Shown here piece after piece: positions 1 to 13,620 of a DNA stretch of 64,000 nucleotides (positions are counted from its first letter, which is position 1; every line of letters starts with the position of its first letter). Source of the DNA: Lytechinus pictus (taxonomy: Eukaryota); NCBI RefSeq assembly GCF_037042905.1, contig NC_087251.1, forward strand, positions 2,048,001 to 2,112,000, written 5' to 3'. The translations under genes and the position numbers were made by a program. Below the pieces are notes generated by a model. It did no database searches, had not been told where the DNA came from, and saw only the letters and a program-made list of their open reading frames with translations.

Positions 1-387
1 ATGCTAGCGGTGCGTTCACGTAAGGTCTAATGTAATAAAATAGACAAGATAAATCCATACTTCAATTGTTGATATTATCTCAAGATCACGGTTACTTCAA
101 CCTCCTTGTTATCATGCCACTGACCTCTGCTTTTATTATGTAGTCAGATGTTTTTCAATTTAGGCAAGATGGCTTGAATACAACCTTTCATTTTAATAAA
201 TCAGTAAAAAGCAAGAATGCTACTATTTATCGGTGGACTAACAGCTCTAAATTCTCTTCAAGGATTTGAGGATGAATATCATATACAAATATCGCCTTCC
301 TTATGATATCAGTTTAAATAGTAACACTATGGAGAAAGTATTTTTGGTCTTTCCAGTTGTTTATATTCATTTTACTTGGGGTGTTAA

Positions 388-954
388 ATGACAAGTCAAC
401 CCAAACAAAAAGTTGACTTGAATAAAAAGAGAAAAATCCAACAAGCATAACACTCGAATGTAAAATAAGACAGTTATGACATTTTTTAAGTTTCGCTTAA
501 TTAAAAAAAACAGTGATATGCACATCCAGGCCGGTATGCGAATGAGGGGACTGATGACATCACTCACTCTTTCTTTTGTATTTTATTATTTGAAATATTC
601 GAATTTTCTCTTCATTGTCCTGTGAAACAAAGTTTTATTCCTCACAGAAAATGTGGTATTACCATTGTAATAGCATTTTATGGCTCAGTTAAGTTGGTGC
701 TTTATGTCAAATTGGTAAAAATTGAAATATTGTATATATAATTCAATAAAAAAAACAAGGAAATAGTGAGTGATGGACCCTCCAATTTGCATGTCAGTGA
801 GTTGTGCATATAACTATTTTGTTAAAAATAAGTGAAACCTTAAAATGTCACAACTTCCCTATTTTTCATCCACATTTGATGAAATTTGCAGCATTACGCT
901 TGTTTAATTTTTCTCTATTGATTCTAATCAACACTTTTGGACTTGACCTGACCT
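388..954. mobile_element. TTAA-flanked MITE (Kolobok-like), family A
   Basis: TTAA at 384-387 and 955-958; imperfect long TIRs (acaagtcaaccc / ggacttgacct); homologous to the copies at 13848, 24002 and 30164. Confidence 0.75.
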
Positions 955-1103
955 TTAATGGGTGTTATTATCTCGCTTTGCAACAACGTTTGGACCTGGG
1001 GTCTAGACATATCCCGATCTAGAGTATATATTCAGCAAACTCCTCCTATAAATAAAGGTATTCAGATATTTTGACAAAGATAAAAAACAAGAGAATGTCA
1101 TAC

Positions 1104-1367
1104 CTGGTGAATAAGTATGCTTTATCAGGAGTAAGCACACGTTGAAATTGATGTGAGTATGAAGTAGCTCCAACAACACCCACCAATGTACTGCAAGGTA
1201 AAGAAGCTGGTGTGTTGCAAACAAGTTGTGTGTGACGAAGCGCCCTCTGCGGCTGAAATATACATGCATTCGATGTCTTTCCATTGTAGCTGATCCAACA
1301 TGTTGATCTTTCCGTCAATCCCATAGAGATAAATACACCGTTCCATAGCACCTTCTCCTCAGCGTGG
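1104..1367 (-). CDS. NXPE-like: NXPE-family gene, coding exon 4 (Cys-containing); later exons not located
   Basis: tttttcctcgcag acceptor; the first base completes the Arg codon cg|c from exon 3. 264 nt open (HAEEKVLWNGVF...LVCNTPASLPCSTL...KAYLFT), gtatga donor. Confidence 0.82.
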
Positions 1368-1578
1368 CTGCGAGGAAAAAATCATACCTTATTTGTACCA
1401 ATAATGAATGCATTCAGAAGAGAACAATGAACCAAATTAAATCAAATTTGCGTACTTCGATATGACACTCAGATTTTTAAAATGCAAAGCTATTTTATGT
1501 TTACCTAAACTTATAATATATGTCAAAACGTCAAGTTAATCGCATCACCTTTTTTGTATCTCTCATTTATTTTCCTTC

Positions 1579-1614
<36 letters not shown>

Positions 1615-2766
1615 TATTTCAAATGACAGTTGGAAATTATAATTTTATTTCATTTATTGGTTTTTGCAACATTTTTCATAACAAAACTCTGGACAAGAAA
1701 ATACATATCTGAAATTTGACATCAAGATAATGAACAATAGTTTTGTATATCAATCATCAAATATATCTTACATAAATGAAAAATATTAAGTGGTATTTTC
1801 TGTTACACAATAAATAGGATGGTTGCAAGGGTCGTCACAAAAGCAAAGCTTGAAAACGTAACAGCCCACGAAAATAGCCAAAATAATTAATATCTATTGT
1901 CATTAAACGTGCAAGTGCATGAGGGACGGGGGGGGGGGGGGGTGGGCAAGGGTGGGCATGCTTGGTCCTTAGCATGGAATTTTAGAAAATAACACGTTTT
2001 GTTGTTTGATTTTTAATTTATACATGTTCTAGATAAAAGTCAATGTCTAATTAAAATAATGATAACAATGGTAATGATTTTTTTGTTGTTAGGTATTGGT
2101 TTAATTGCAATTCTTTTATAGTTCGTTTAAAGGAATAAAATGATCTTGTCAGCTTGAGTGAATCTAGCAATGCATTCCAAATATCAGGTCCATGATGTCT
2201 TAGTGTTTTATGTGCAAATAGTGTCCTGTGATTGTTTAAGTGAATATTATTGCATGTTCTTGTTGGATATGAGTGTAAATTGTTATTATAAGAAAATAAA
2301 TCCGTGAATACTGGAGGAAGCATGTCATAATTATATCTATACATAAACAGTGCTATTTGTAAAGTATTAATATCATTTATCTTAAATATTTTCAGACGAT
2401 AAAAGAGAGGGTCTGTATGTGAAAGATATGCAGATTTTGAACAAATTCTAACCGCTTTCTTTTGCAATAAAAGTATATGATTCAGCCTTGTCTTGCAGCT
2501 ATTCCCCCAAATGAGGTTACAGTAGTGAATATATGGTAAAATCAATGTATTATATATCATAACAAGAGATTTCTCTGGTAAGATTTGCTTTAGTCTACAT
2601 AGTATTCCAATTCCTTTAGCTACAGAGGAAGACACGTTGCTTATGTGCGGAGTCCATGATAAATGCTTGTCTATTGTGATACCAAGGAATGTTACGTATT
2701 CTTTTTTATCTAAAGGCACATTATCAATTTTTGTGTAAAATCTTGTGTAAAATTTTCATTTCTATG

Positions 2767-4177
2767 ATATGTATTGTAATGTCACCCACGATAATTGTGC
2801 AATAATTAAATATGCCGATGACACGGTCATCACTGGTTTCATCCTAGGAGACAGTAGGTCATATTTTAGGGAAGTTGATCAATTTGTAAACTGGTGTGAT
2901 CAACATCACCTAGTTCTTAACGTAAACAAGACTAAGGAAATGGTATTTGATTTTCGTCGTTCTTCTCAACCCCATGAACCATTACTTATTCACGATGAAA
3001 TGATTGAACAAGTTTCTGAATTTAAGTACCTTGGAACCACTATTGATGATAAACTGAATTGGAACAAGAACTCACAAATTGTAGCAGGCAAGGCATGTCA
3101 AAGGTTACACTTTTTGAGGAAACTCAAGGAGTTTCGTGTGGATAATAAGATCTTGGTTCTTTTCTACCAATCTCTTATTCAGAGTATCCTCACTTTCAAT
3201 TTTTTGTGCATTTTTGGTAATCTCTCAAATAAAAATCTGAAAAAAATCGAAAGACCAAGGAAAATCGCACAGAGACTGATTCACTCGGATCTTCCCCCCA
3301 TTAGTACTTTGTATGAAAAACGTGTGTTACTAAAAATACATACAATCATGAATGATTCATCGCATCCATTGCACAGTTTCTTTGGATTCAACCGCTCAGG
3401 CATTCGCCTCCGTGCACCCAAGAGTAACCGTTCACGATTTAGACAATCGTTTGTACCCAATGCTATTCATATGTACAATGACAAAGTTAAACGCTGAAGC
3501 TTTTGTAATCACGCATGTCAGCATTCAATCCTTGACAACGTTTTTGCCTGCCTACCCTTTATTATCATTATTTTAAGTAATTCAATTCAATTCGAACGCA
3601 CTTGCAATCGATCCCCAGCCCATTCTTGCCTCTGTCCTTCCCAGCTTGTTATGCACTCCAAAGTCGGTTTTTAATGTGTTCTTTTTTATTATGTAATTAC
3701 TTTTAACCTAATATAAAGCTGAAAATCCTTGCTTCAATTTGTAATACCTAATTATCATTCCGTTTAAGCTTTTTTGCTTTTTTGTTTCTCTCCCTCTCTA
3801 CCTCTCTCTGTCTCTCTGCTATGATTTCCCTCTATCTTCTTCGCTCACTTTCTTTCTCCACTGTGTCCACCTTTGTTTCTATCCAACTTATTCTTTCTCT
3901 TCTTGCTTGCATGGTCTTTTCCATCTATCTCTTAGTTAACTCTCAGCCGTTTCTCACTCTTTGTCTTTAATGGGTAAATTATTTGACATTTCCCTTCTAT
4001 GTTGTATTGCAATATCTGTTTGAATTGTTTATGTATATTTTCTTTCAATATATTCGCCCAATGTAGATGTCGTTGTGTTTGTATACTTTATATCATTTGT
4101 ATGTACAGCCAGTGGAGGCCAAATTTCTATGTATTTTACCATGGATCAATAATAAATGAATCTGAATCTGAATCTGA
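2767..4177 (+). mobile_element. 5'-truncated CR1-group LINE (L2/Rex-Babar-like) nested in antisense inside the older LINE
   Basis: Uninterrupted 242-aa ORF 2769-3497 (KYADD, LNVNKTKEM, FKYLG, QRLHFLRKL), about 660 bp 3' UTR, AATAAA at 4151 and a (TCTGAA)n tail. The host RT frame resumes on both sides. Confidence 0.92.
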
Positions 4178-5249
4178 TTGAAAATGCATAATATGAGTTT
4201 TACTTATGTTAAGACTTAAGAGATAACTTATTACATTTAAACCATGATGAAACTTTATTTAATTCTAAATTCATTATATTTATTAATTCTGGTAAGTTCT
4301 TGTGAGATAACAAAATATTAGTATCATCGGCGAATAAGATGAAAGAAAAAATGGAAGATGAATTTACTATATCATCAATGTATACTAAAAATAACAAAGG
4401 TCCCAGAATAGAACCCTGCGGGACGCCGCAATTGATAAACGATACAGGAGATTTAACATCATCGATAAAAAACGTATTGTTTCCTATTGGAAAGATAACT
4501 CTTAATCCATGACCAAGCAATGCCCCTTATCCCATAGTTATACAACTTATGAAGTAAAATACCATGGTCAATGGTATCGAAAGCTTTACTTAGGTCCATT
4601 ATAAAGCAATGGTGTGATTTTTTTTTAAGTGACTTTACAACTTTGTCCAGCAATTTGGTTATTGCGAAATCGGTAGATAATTTTTTTCTAAATCCAAACT
4701 GGGCCGGTGTAATAATATTATTAAAAACATGGCAAGAGGGAAATAGGCCGATAATTTGTAACTTGAGTAGGATCATCTTTTTTATAAATCGGGATTACTT
4801 TGGCTATTTTCAATAGATCAGGAAAGCATCCAGTGGAGAGTGATAAGTTAGAAATAAGTTCCAATGGAGAAACAATACATGTTACAATTTGCTTTAACAG
4901 TTTTGTACTAATACCATCATAGCCTGTTGATTTTTTTTTATGTTAAAGCTTGTACTATTTTAATTATTTCATGTCGGTCTGTGGGAGTAAAAAACATTGT
5001 ATTTTTTTGGCTGGGAAAGATATTCTGTAAAATTCGTATTGTCACTAACTATCTTGGAAGCTAAATTGGGACCGATGTTTGTAAAGAAACGGTTGAATGT
5101 GTGATTTCAGCCGATTGAGATATTTCTTCATTGTCTATCTTAAGACAGTCGCTGTTGCTATGTGGTTTGTTTTTGTTAATCAATTTGTATATAACTTTCC
5201 ACGTGACATTTAAATTTCCTTCTGCATCTTTTAAAGCCAGGGTAATAAT

Positions 5250-5340
5250 ATCCAAGTCCTTTGGAAGCGCATAGAGACGTTATTTATAATGTGTTATGCG
5301 CTATACAAGAACTGTCTATTATTATTATTATTATTATTAA
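5250..5340 (+). mobile_element. Short 3' tail of a CR1/L2-type LINE or SINE
   Basis: aagcgcatag...atgcgctatacaag stem-loop followed by (TTA)n, interrupting the host ORF2. Similar tails occur near 33244, 44058 and 51090. Confidence 0.7.
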
Positions 5341-7143
5341 TTACTTAGAATAATAATCTTTTTTGGATGAGCGGATTACACTTTTATACTTCTTGAAGCT
5401 TTGTTCAGACGGTTTAGAAATATACGATTTATAAAGTTTATTGCGTTTTTTAATTGAACGTATAATTCCTCGAGTGATCAATGGGTTTCTTTTATCATTT
5501 TTGCGTTGTTTTCTTTGAACAAGTGGTATATTTTTATTATAATAATGAGTTAGTTTGTCTATAAAATATTTGTAAGCTCTATTAACATCATGTTGAACCA
5601 TAATTTCATGCCATTCTTCTCTTTCTAAGTCTTCAATTAAAGCCGAAATAGTATTCAAGTTTTCTTTTCTATATTTTCTTTTATTCTGCTTTTTATTATC
5701 ATTAAACTTCAGAAGTGGAGAAATAAAAAATATTGGTAAGTGATCCGTAATATCATAAGTAAAAACACCATTATGATTATTATCATTAAAAGAATTGGAA
5801 AATATGTTATCAATTATTGTCGCTGACATTGGAGTTATCCTAGTAGGTACATTTATACATGGATAAAAATCATATGAAAATAGTGTTAAAAAATGTATTT
5901 ATGTTATTATCACTGCCATCATGATTTCCGATTAAATGTGACGTGCTTTGTATATGATTTGACAAGTCAATATTGAAATTGCCCATTATGCAAATATGTT
6001 TATTTTCGCGTGAAATTTTATCCAATTCACTATCTAAGTTTTCAAGAAAGTTGTTAACATTGCTACCTGGGGGTCTGTATAAAGTTCCTATGATTACATT
6101 TTTTCTAAATTTAATATATATTTCAATGAATAAACTTTCTATATCTTCAAAATGAATATCTGTTCTAAGTTTATATTTGATATTTGAATTAATATACATT
6201 GCCACCCCTCCTCCTCTTCCTTTCCTCCTATCAATGTGTATTATGTGATAATTTGGTAAATTATAGATATTTGGAGAATTTGACTTCAGCCAGGTTTCCG
6301 AAATACCAATGACTGAAAAAGAAAAATTGTCTAGAGAGGTTAAAAAAGTTTCGACAGAGTCAAAGTTTTTGCAGATACTTCTGGAATTGAAATGTAGTAA
6401 ACTTGAGTTATTATAAACATCAACATTGACATCGTTATTGTCCTTTAATTCAAAGGCTGATATGAATTCCTGTGAAGTATAATATTTGCAATTTTTTACA
6501 TTATATCATATTTGAAAAGGTATGAAGGTTAAGATAAACGAATAAATGCATACATTCAGGGTTTCAGAAAAAAATGACAGTACATTGGCCAATGTTTAAA
6601 ATATTAAGCATTTTACACAATCGAATAACACATTTCAATGAATGTTAGAATGCATAGTTTACTGTTATGTGAATATTATGACCTTAAAAAATCCTCAATA
6701 TTACATCTGTACTGCAACACGGACCCTACAGTCATGTGCACTTTGAGATGTCTGTTATATTTCATTGAATAGCTAGATGGCATGAATTCATGTTTGTGGT
6801 ATGGTGAACTATACTTCACACTGTTGAAATACATTTCTTTGTCTGGGTTTGGTTCAGGTTGTGTATTCAGTGCATGGGGGTATCAAGGATTTCATCAGAG
6901 GGGGAGACTGAGGGTAGCAGAATATTTGATTCGGATTTTTTTTTTCTTCTTGGACAACCCCAATAGCATTGAAAGGAACCGCCCAAATTATGGCATCAGT
7001 CACACCCAAATAGAACAATTCTATTTTTTAAAGACGAACAAAAAAAATGGACTTATATAAAGAGACCTAAAGAGACCTCAACAATATTTTTTCCTTGGTC
7101 ATCCCAAAAAGGTGACAAAGAACTTCGCTTTTTAATGCACCGG

Positions 7144-7375
7144 CAGTGGCATAACGAGCACATAATTTTGAGGGGGCTCGAAAAGGCATATCGCGTGAAA
7201 TTAATTTTAAAAAAATTGCGAGCGCAAAAATTTCAGTCTGTGATAGATTTCACTGATAGATGTGATCATAATTCACCCTTTTCCATTTCCTTTTTTTTTC
7301 TTGGTCGTGATTTTTTGGGGGGAGGCAAGAGCCCCCCATCCCCCCCCCCCCCCCCCCCCCATCTGTGCGCCAGTG
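7144..7375. mobile_element. hAT-type MITE
   Basis: CAGTGGC...GCCAGTG termini with an exact 8-bp TSD TGCACCGG (7136-7143, 7376-7383); about 35 bp from the exon 3 donor. Confidence 0.8.
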
Positions 7376-7409
7376 TGCACCGGTAAGTAATTTATGCGAG
7401 CGTACTCAC

Positions 7410-7552
7410 CGAAACGAGTTTCTGAGGTAATCAATAGCCGCACTGGGATGAACGAGGATGATTCTAACTCTAACTTCCCCTGCCCAACCCGCTAAGAAAT
7501 ACAGGCTGTATGTGCCGTTATGATGGTCAATAATACGAGATGCCGTGGAAGC
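7410..7552 (-). CDS. NXPE-like: NXPE-family gene, coding exon 3
   Basis: Pyrimidine tract plus cag acceptor, 143 nt, gtgagt donor in phase 2. Encodes ASTASRIIDHHNGTYSLYFLAGWAGEVRVRIILVHPSAAIDYLR, carrying the DxxNGTY and LVHPS NXPE motifs. Confidence 0.92.
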
Positions 7553-8434
7553 CTGTGGAGTGAAAGAAAGACATTTAATTGTACAAATTAATAAGAAAAT
7601 GATTTGACTCTTGGCAGTCAGTCCCCACTCCCCAGAATATTCTCTTTTCATTCAAATATCTTACCATAAAGTTTGTTTGTTTTTACTATTTTTTTAATCA
7701 CACATCACTCGGCGTGATCAAAGGGCAAGCATTATCAGCCTGAATGATAGGGCCCCATATGACCTATAATGTAAAGATAGAACATTGATTAATATGCGAT
7801 TACAATATGCATTGAAATTAATCTTGCAGTATAATTATTTACACAGAACAAGGAGGCTACACCGGCATGGATGATAAACAAAGTTGCATATTGAATGACG
7901 ATGAAAGATGATACTAAGTAAAGCAATATTTTGATACATTTATCTGTCAATTGTTGAGAGAGAAGGTAATTTAGTATTCCAGAAAAATTGAATTAAAACA
8001 AACAAGAATTAAGGACATTTTCTAATATTTCGTATGGAAAAACACTTCGGGTAATCATATTCAAAAGTGTGAACAGTAAAATTATCACAATGTTCACACT
8101 GTCATGACTGTAAACAATATCTTAGTGAAAGTAACGACCGTGAGTACTATACCTCACAATGGGTGTTATTAGTTTGCATATACCCTGTCATGCCTGTGGA
8201 AATACATGTATACTAGCTACAGTTAACTGTGTTGCCAGTGTGGAAACACAGTTAAATCATATCCTTGTATGTCTCATATAATTCTACTAGGTACGATTTA
8301 TTCACGTGATTAATGTGAACTCCAATTTCCCGTGTAATCAGTGCCCGGGACGTTATCCCTATTTTTCCTCCTTACTCTTCCCTTTTCGTTCTATTCATTT
8401 TGCTCCCATATTGTATTTCCCTGATGTTGGTTAA

Positions 8435-9080
8435 AGGGATGGTCCAGGCTGGAGATATTTATATCTAAATAAATATAATAAAATTCACAGAGCAAAATTC
8501 TGAAAATTTCATCAAAATCGGATAACAAATAATGAAGTTATGTGAAATCATGCAAAGGACGTATCCCTGCCCCTCCTGACGAGCTTGAAAGACCTTTTTT
8601 GCCCCCCCCCTAACGAGCTTGAAGACCTTTTTTTTTGCTTGTCAAATTTTTTGGCGGACGGTTTTGCCTCCCCCCCCCCCCCCCCCCCCCCCTGTGGAAA
8701 ATCCTAGGTACGCCACTGGTCTCACGACAATTTTGCCGCATCGTGAGACAACATATTATTTCCTTTACCGATAATAAATAACTAATGCACTTAATCAGTT
8801 GTCAATCCAATTGTTTTAGTTCTTGGTAGAATTTTTTTTGAATAAACCTAATTTCATAAAATAAAATACAAAAGAACAAGAGGGGATTTGACATCATCAG
8901 CCCACCTAATGAGTATTCGTTAAGACATGCCTAGAACTGTTTCACCGGAATAATGCAAATCTTTAAAATTCAATAACTTCGTTATTTGTTATCTGATTTT
9001 GATCAAATTTTCAGCATTATTCTCTGTGAATTTTAAATCATTTATTGAGATATAATTATCTCCATCCTGGACCATCCCCT
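8435..9080. mobile_element. TTAA-flanked MITE (Kolobok-like), family B, containing a hAT-like fragment (about 8550-8718)
   Basis: TTAA|agggatggtccaggctggaga ... tccatcctggaccatcccct|TTAA inverted termini. Confidence 0.8.
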
Positions 9081-10339
9081 TTAAGATTGTGCGTAAAGAC
9101 ACGCTCTGCTTGGATTGTGTAGTGACAATATGCAGCTTCAGATTTGCGACGCAACTGTAACGAACGAACGTACTGCTCTTGCGAATGCGCATGATATTTT
9201 TGCCATTATCCACCTCATGCGTCACAGAAGTTGCGTTGAAAACCAAAGTTAACAATCTATGATGGTATTTCAAATAACTAATAAGGCAAATAAATATACA
9301 AGAAAAAATAAAACTTTGACATGAAAATGTGTATTAAGACTTAAAAAATACCTTTAGGCCTACATTATTTCAATTCGAGCCATCATGGCCAATGCGATGG
9401 AGAGAAACACGGGCAAAATGGACAAAAATAACTTAAAACAATTATTTCCCTCAGTACAGGGTAATAGGGATTTGGAATTCTATTTCAATGTATACTTTAC
9501 AATGGATATATAGAACCACTATGATCCGATATACAGAGTTCCTGGGTAGCAGGCCTATACCTCTGTTGGGTTATGAACAGCTGATAGGGTTCAACAAGGT
9601 ATACTGATGATCAATTGCTGGATTCCGGAATGATCTCAGTTCATCATTGTCATTCGCATACCATAAGGTTCAACAATGAATATTATTAATAACTTTTAAC
9701 CTGAGGTATATCTATTGCACGCATACGCTTGGTTCTCGGCTTCATGCTTCATACCCAGAGCCCGATGATTTTTTTAAATGTATATATTATGTTGTCGAAA
9801 GATGAAAAACTTTGAGTTATCTGTGGATCTGTGTAGGCTTACTATACTAATATTACTGCTAAGATTGTAGGATATGGATGGGGGGACCATAAGCATGTAG
9901 GTGTGTAAGCCTTAAGCTATATTATTTCTTTTAAATATCTCAAGCGTAACTCTTGTAAATCAAAGTAAAATAAGCAGAGTTCCTGATAACTTGACCATGA
10001 ATGATGACGAGTATCTTGAGACGGCTCCATGTCATACCCGTGTTTATATACTGTGGGATGGTCGCTAAAATTGTGACTTTCCGTGGGGCAGCAAATGCAA
10101 CCACGGTTCTTGGACATGATAGTATGTAAAATATTATGAGTGAATACATGCAACATGTTGCCATCACTGAATTCTGCTCCTAAACTCAAAATTAAAATAA
10201 CAATGTGTGTCATTAATTAGAAATGAGCTACGAAAAGAATAAAATAATGTAGGCCTTAGCTTTCTTTCTATACACGGTCTCATCAATCATGGATTTGAAG
10301 ACAATAATAAAAGATTCAAAGCCGGGAGTAGAAACATAC

Positions 10340-10669
10340 CTTGAGTTTGGGACTCTCCAGGACACCAAACCAGAAGTCCCCGCCATACTTGATCCGATGT
10401 CCTTTAACATTCCTTGCTTCAATGTGAAAGTGTAAGGTATCTCCAACCCGTGGTGTCAAGGGTGATATCAGCTTGTACGTGGTCGTTTTCACGGAGGTTG
10501 GACCTACAACCACTGAAGTAGGATCAATAGCTACAAGAGTGTGGGTGTTCGATTGGTTATAGGAAGGTTGACGGACAGGATGTTGAAGTTCTCGCCATTT
10601 TGCTTCCAGTGGTGGGACTGATGAAGGTTTACATCTACTCACCCCGGGCACGTCTGGGCTGAGTCCAAC
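10340..10669 (-). CDS. NXPE-like: NXPE-family gene, coding exon 2 (start of Ig-like domain, GGDF motif)
   Basis: ag acceptor, 330 nt open, gtatgt donor in phase 0. Encodes ...GPTSVKTTTYKL...VGDTLHFHIEARNVKGHRIKYGGDFWFGVLESPKLK, typical of NXPE proteins. Confidence 0.88.
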
Positions 10670-10919
10670 CTAGTTTTAACAAGATAGGGTAGAAAAATAA
10701 AAATTCTGTTTTTTTTTTTTTAAAGGTAGACTGCAGCTTTGAATAAAATTGGGTTTCAAAAGAGAAATAGGGGAAATTTCAGAACAGATGGAGTGCTGTT
10801 CTTTTCTGGTTTTTCTTGACGATTAGAAAGACGATAAATCCGTTAATTCCGACTAATAATGTACAACAAACTTTACAGTTCCACCAACCAGTGGACTATT
10901 AAACACTATCGACAGCAAT

Positions 10920-13620
10920 TCAATGACGAAGGGATTGTAGAGGTCTTTAGAAAAGAGGTTCGGGCGTTTGAGAGTGAACACGCCGAACCCGGTAGAAAGT
11001 GATGGGTATTTCGAAAGGGCTATCCAAACCACGTGGACGCCAGGACCATAAACGGACAAGTCTTGACAGCAATCTTATCAAGCTTTAAACTTGGAAGTCT
11101 TACCATAACAAAGCCAAACACAGACTGTTGGCTCGAACGTCTATGGTTTGTTATATATTTTGAACATTTTAAGGTAAGATTTAACCGACTTGAAGAAGGA
11201 GAATGGTATATTTCATCAAAGAAGGTCAGGAGTAGTCAAAGAAAACCCAAAAGAGCAGGGATTAGCACTATTAATGAATCGTCTGTAAAGCAACAAGAGC
11301 TGACCATTCTCTCAGAAGGAATGCAATCGAATGTAGTCAAAATTAAGATCAAAAGGCAAAATTTATAAACGAAAATGTTGGGCAAATGCAGAAGATAGAA
11401 AGAGGAAAAAATAATTTAAAGATAGTGTGCAAAAACCAACAACAAGCAGAAAAGTTGAAGTCAATGACTGAGTTTACAGGAATAGCAATCAGCGCAGATT
11501 GGTGCAAACCATATAAGAAAAGAAAAGGGGTTATTAAGGTAAGTAATGATATTGAAGATGAAGAATCATTAGAGATATTGAAGAAGGACAACGTCATATG
11601 AGTCAAACGGTTCAAGAAAAGAATCGACGGGGAGTTGAAAAACACCCCGTCGGTTCTTTTGACTTTTGAGAGAAGAGAAGTGCCAAAAGAACTTTATTTT
11701 GCATAATTATGAACGTTATGAAGTACTTGACTATGTTCCTCCGCCACCGAGATGCTTCAAATGCGAAATGTTCGGACACGTGGCAGATAGTTGCAAAAAC
11801 AATGGGGGTTGTGTGCGTTGTGGAGAGGGTCTTATAGTACAATGATTGTCCAAACAAGGAGGCTGTTCACACCGCAAGGGGGGACCCGTGGGCGGACCGT
11901 GGATCGCGCTATCGTAGCGCGATCCACGGTCCGCCCATTGGCATTCGCCGGATTCACACCGCAGTGAGATAGCGCGGTCTATCGTAGCACCCCCTTTTTT
12001 GAGAGGTCCTGTTGCCATGACGCATTACTTACTATATTTCTATTTTCACGATGTTCCGACGCGTTTTACTCCATAAAATTAGGAGTGTTGAGTTGTACCG
12101 ATTCAGATTCAGATCGCACCAAAATAGAATGAGTATAAAATTCCCCGCGTGTAGATGACTTCCGGCGTGCTATCGTAGCTCGGGTTCACACCGGGTTCAC
12201 ACCGCTATCTCTGCCGGTCTGAACAGGCTCTCTGAGCCTGTTCAGACCGGCAGAGATAGCGCGATCTAGCGCGCGCTAGATCGCGCTATCTCTGCGGTGT
12301 GGAAGGTACAACGTCGTTTCGGTCCGCCCAACAGCGAGCCACGGCGAGCCAAAACGGCGTGCCACTGGAGCACCTCTTGGGGGTGGTCCACGAGAGATAG
12401 CGCGGTCTAGCGCGCGCTAGATCGCGCTATCTCTGCCGGTGTGAACCCGAGCTACGATAGCACGCCGGAAATACAAGAGTCTAGAATCTAGATTAATCAA
12501 ATTAGAAATACATGCACAATGTATACAACGCCATGAAATAAACGTAGGCCGGCTAGCATAATAGGCACAGCGATATCGAGCTCTCAACTAACTAGTACGG
12601 GTTCGTAATAGCGCGCGAAATCTTTGACCGCTCTGACCTCATGACGTCACGCGTCATGGCAACAGGACCTCTAAAAAAAGGGGGTGCTACGATAGACCGC
12701 GCTATCTCACTGCGGTGTGAATCCGGCGAATGCCAATGGGCGGACCGTGGATCGCGCTACGATAGCGCGATCCACGGTCCGCCCACGGTCCCCCCTTGCG
12801 GTGTGAACAGCAGAGATAGCGCGATCTAGCGCGCGCTAGACCGCGCTATCTCTGCGGTGTGGAAGGTACAACGTCGTTTCGGTCCGCCCAACAGCGAGCC
12901 ACGGCGAGCCAAAACGGCGTGCCACTGGAGCACCTCTTGGGGGTGGTCCACGAGAGATAGCGCGGTCTAGCGCGCGCTAGATCGCGCTATCTCTGCCGGT
13001 GTGAACCCGAGCTACGATAGCACGCCGGAAGTCATCTACACGCGGGGAATTTTATACTCATTCTATTTTGTGGAGTAAAACGCGTCGGAACATCGTGAAA
13101 ATAGAAATATAGTAAGTAATGCGTCATGGCAACAGGACCTCTCAAAAAAGGGGGTGCTACGATAGACCGCGCTATCTCACTGCGGTGTGAATCCGGCGAA
13201 TGCCAATGGGCGGACCGTGGATCGCGCTACGATAGCGCGATCCACGGTCCCCCCTTGCGGTGTGAACAGCCTCTTGGACCACCCCCAAGAGGTGCTCCAG
13301 TGGCACGCCGTTTTGGCTCGCCGTGGCTCGCTGTTGGGCGGACCGAAACGACGTTGTACCTTCCACACCGCAGAGATAGCGCGATCTAGCGCGCGCTAGA
13401 TCGCGCTATCTCTGCCGGTCTGAACAGGCTCAAAGAGACTCGTAAATGCTGTAGGCGCAAACAAAACCACTCTGCAGCACATCTGGGATGAACATCATAT
13501 AAAGAGGCTGTTAAAATAAACACAATCAAGCAAACTGAAAACATTTCCTATGCAGAAGCTACAAAGAAATTCCACACCAAAGCAGAGTCCATTCCCGCGC
13601 AAGTGTCAGATCGATGACAC
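10920..13620 (+). mobile_element. Decayed non-LTR retrotransposon 5' region and ORF1 (gag-like zinc knuckles; I/Nimb/Jockey type), split by a MITE cluster
   Basis: Fragments KGVIK..., TPSVLLTF, YVPPPPRCFKCEMFGHVADSC..CVRCG before 11860 and CCRRKQNHSA...ISYAEATKK after 13430; contains stops and frameshifts. Boundaries approximate. Confidence 0.8.
11860..13430. mobile_element. Cluster of four whole or partial copies of a GC-rich palindromic MITE (Harbinger-like termini)
   Basis: Termini aggctgttcacacc / ggtctgaacaggct. Units at about 11860-12229(-), 12235-12811(+), 12812-13272(+) and 13273-13430(-). Confidence 0.75.

Larger units (their letters stand above)
1690..6500 (-). mobile_element. Decayed CR1/L2-group LINE ORF2 (APE endonuclease plus RT), interrupted by two insertions
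   Basis: Frameshifted fragments carry GISETW, YRPP, IIDNIF and DHLP (endonuclease) and [23 protein letters not shown] and FADD (RT); C-terminal part in 2051-2719. Outer boundaries are approximate. Confidence 0.93.

Noticed and set aside
60..130. Possible fifth NXPE exon (RGQWHDNKEVE...)
   Set aside because: The acceptor lacks a pyrimidine tract, the donor is weak and the frame soon hits a stop; not supportable.
8576..8596. CTGACGA...GAAA hammerhead-like core (also near 37645)
   Set aside because: No stem II can form between the core boxes; the 8576 motif is part of a MITE internal repeat.
11731..13399. Repeated ORFs MATGPLKKGGATIDRA...
   Set aside because: By-products of the GC-rich palindromic MITE copies; no domain similarity recognised.
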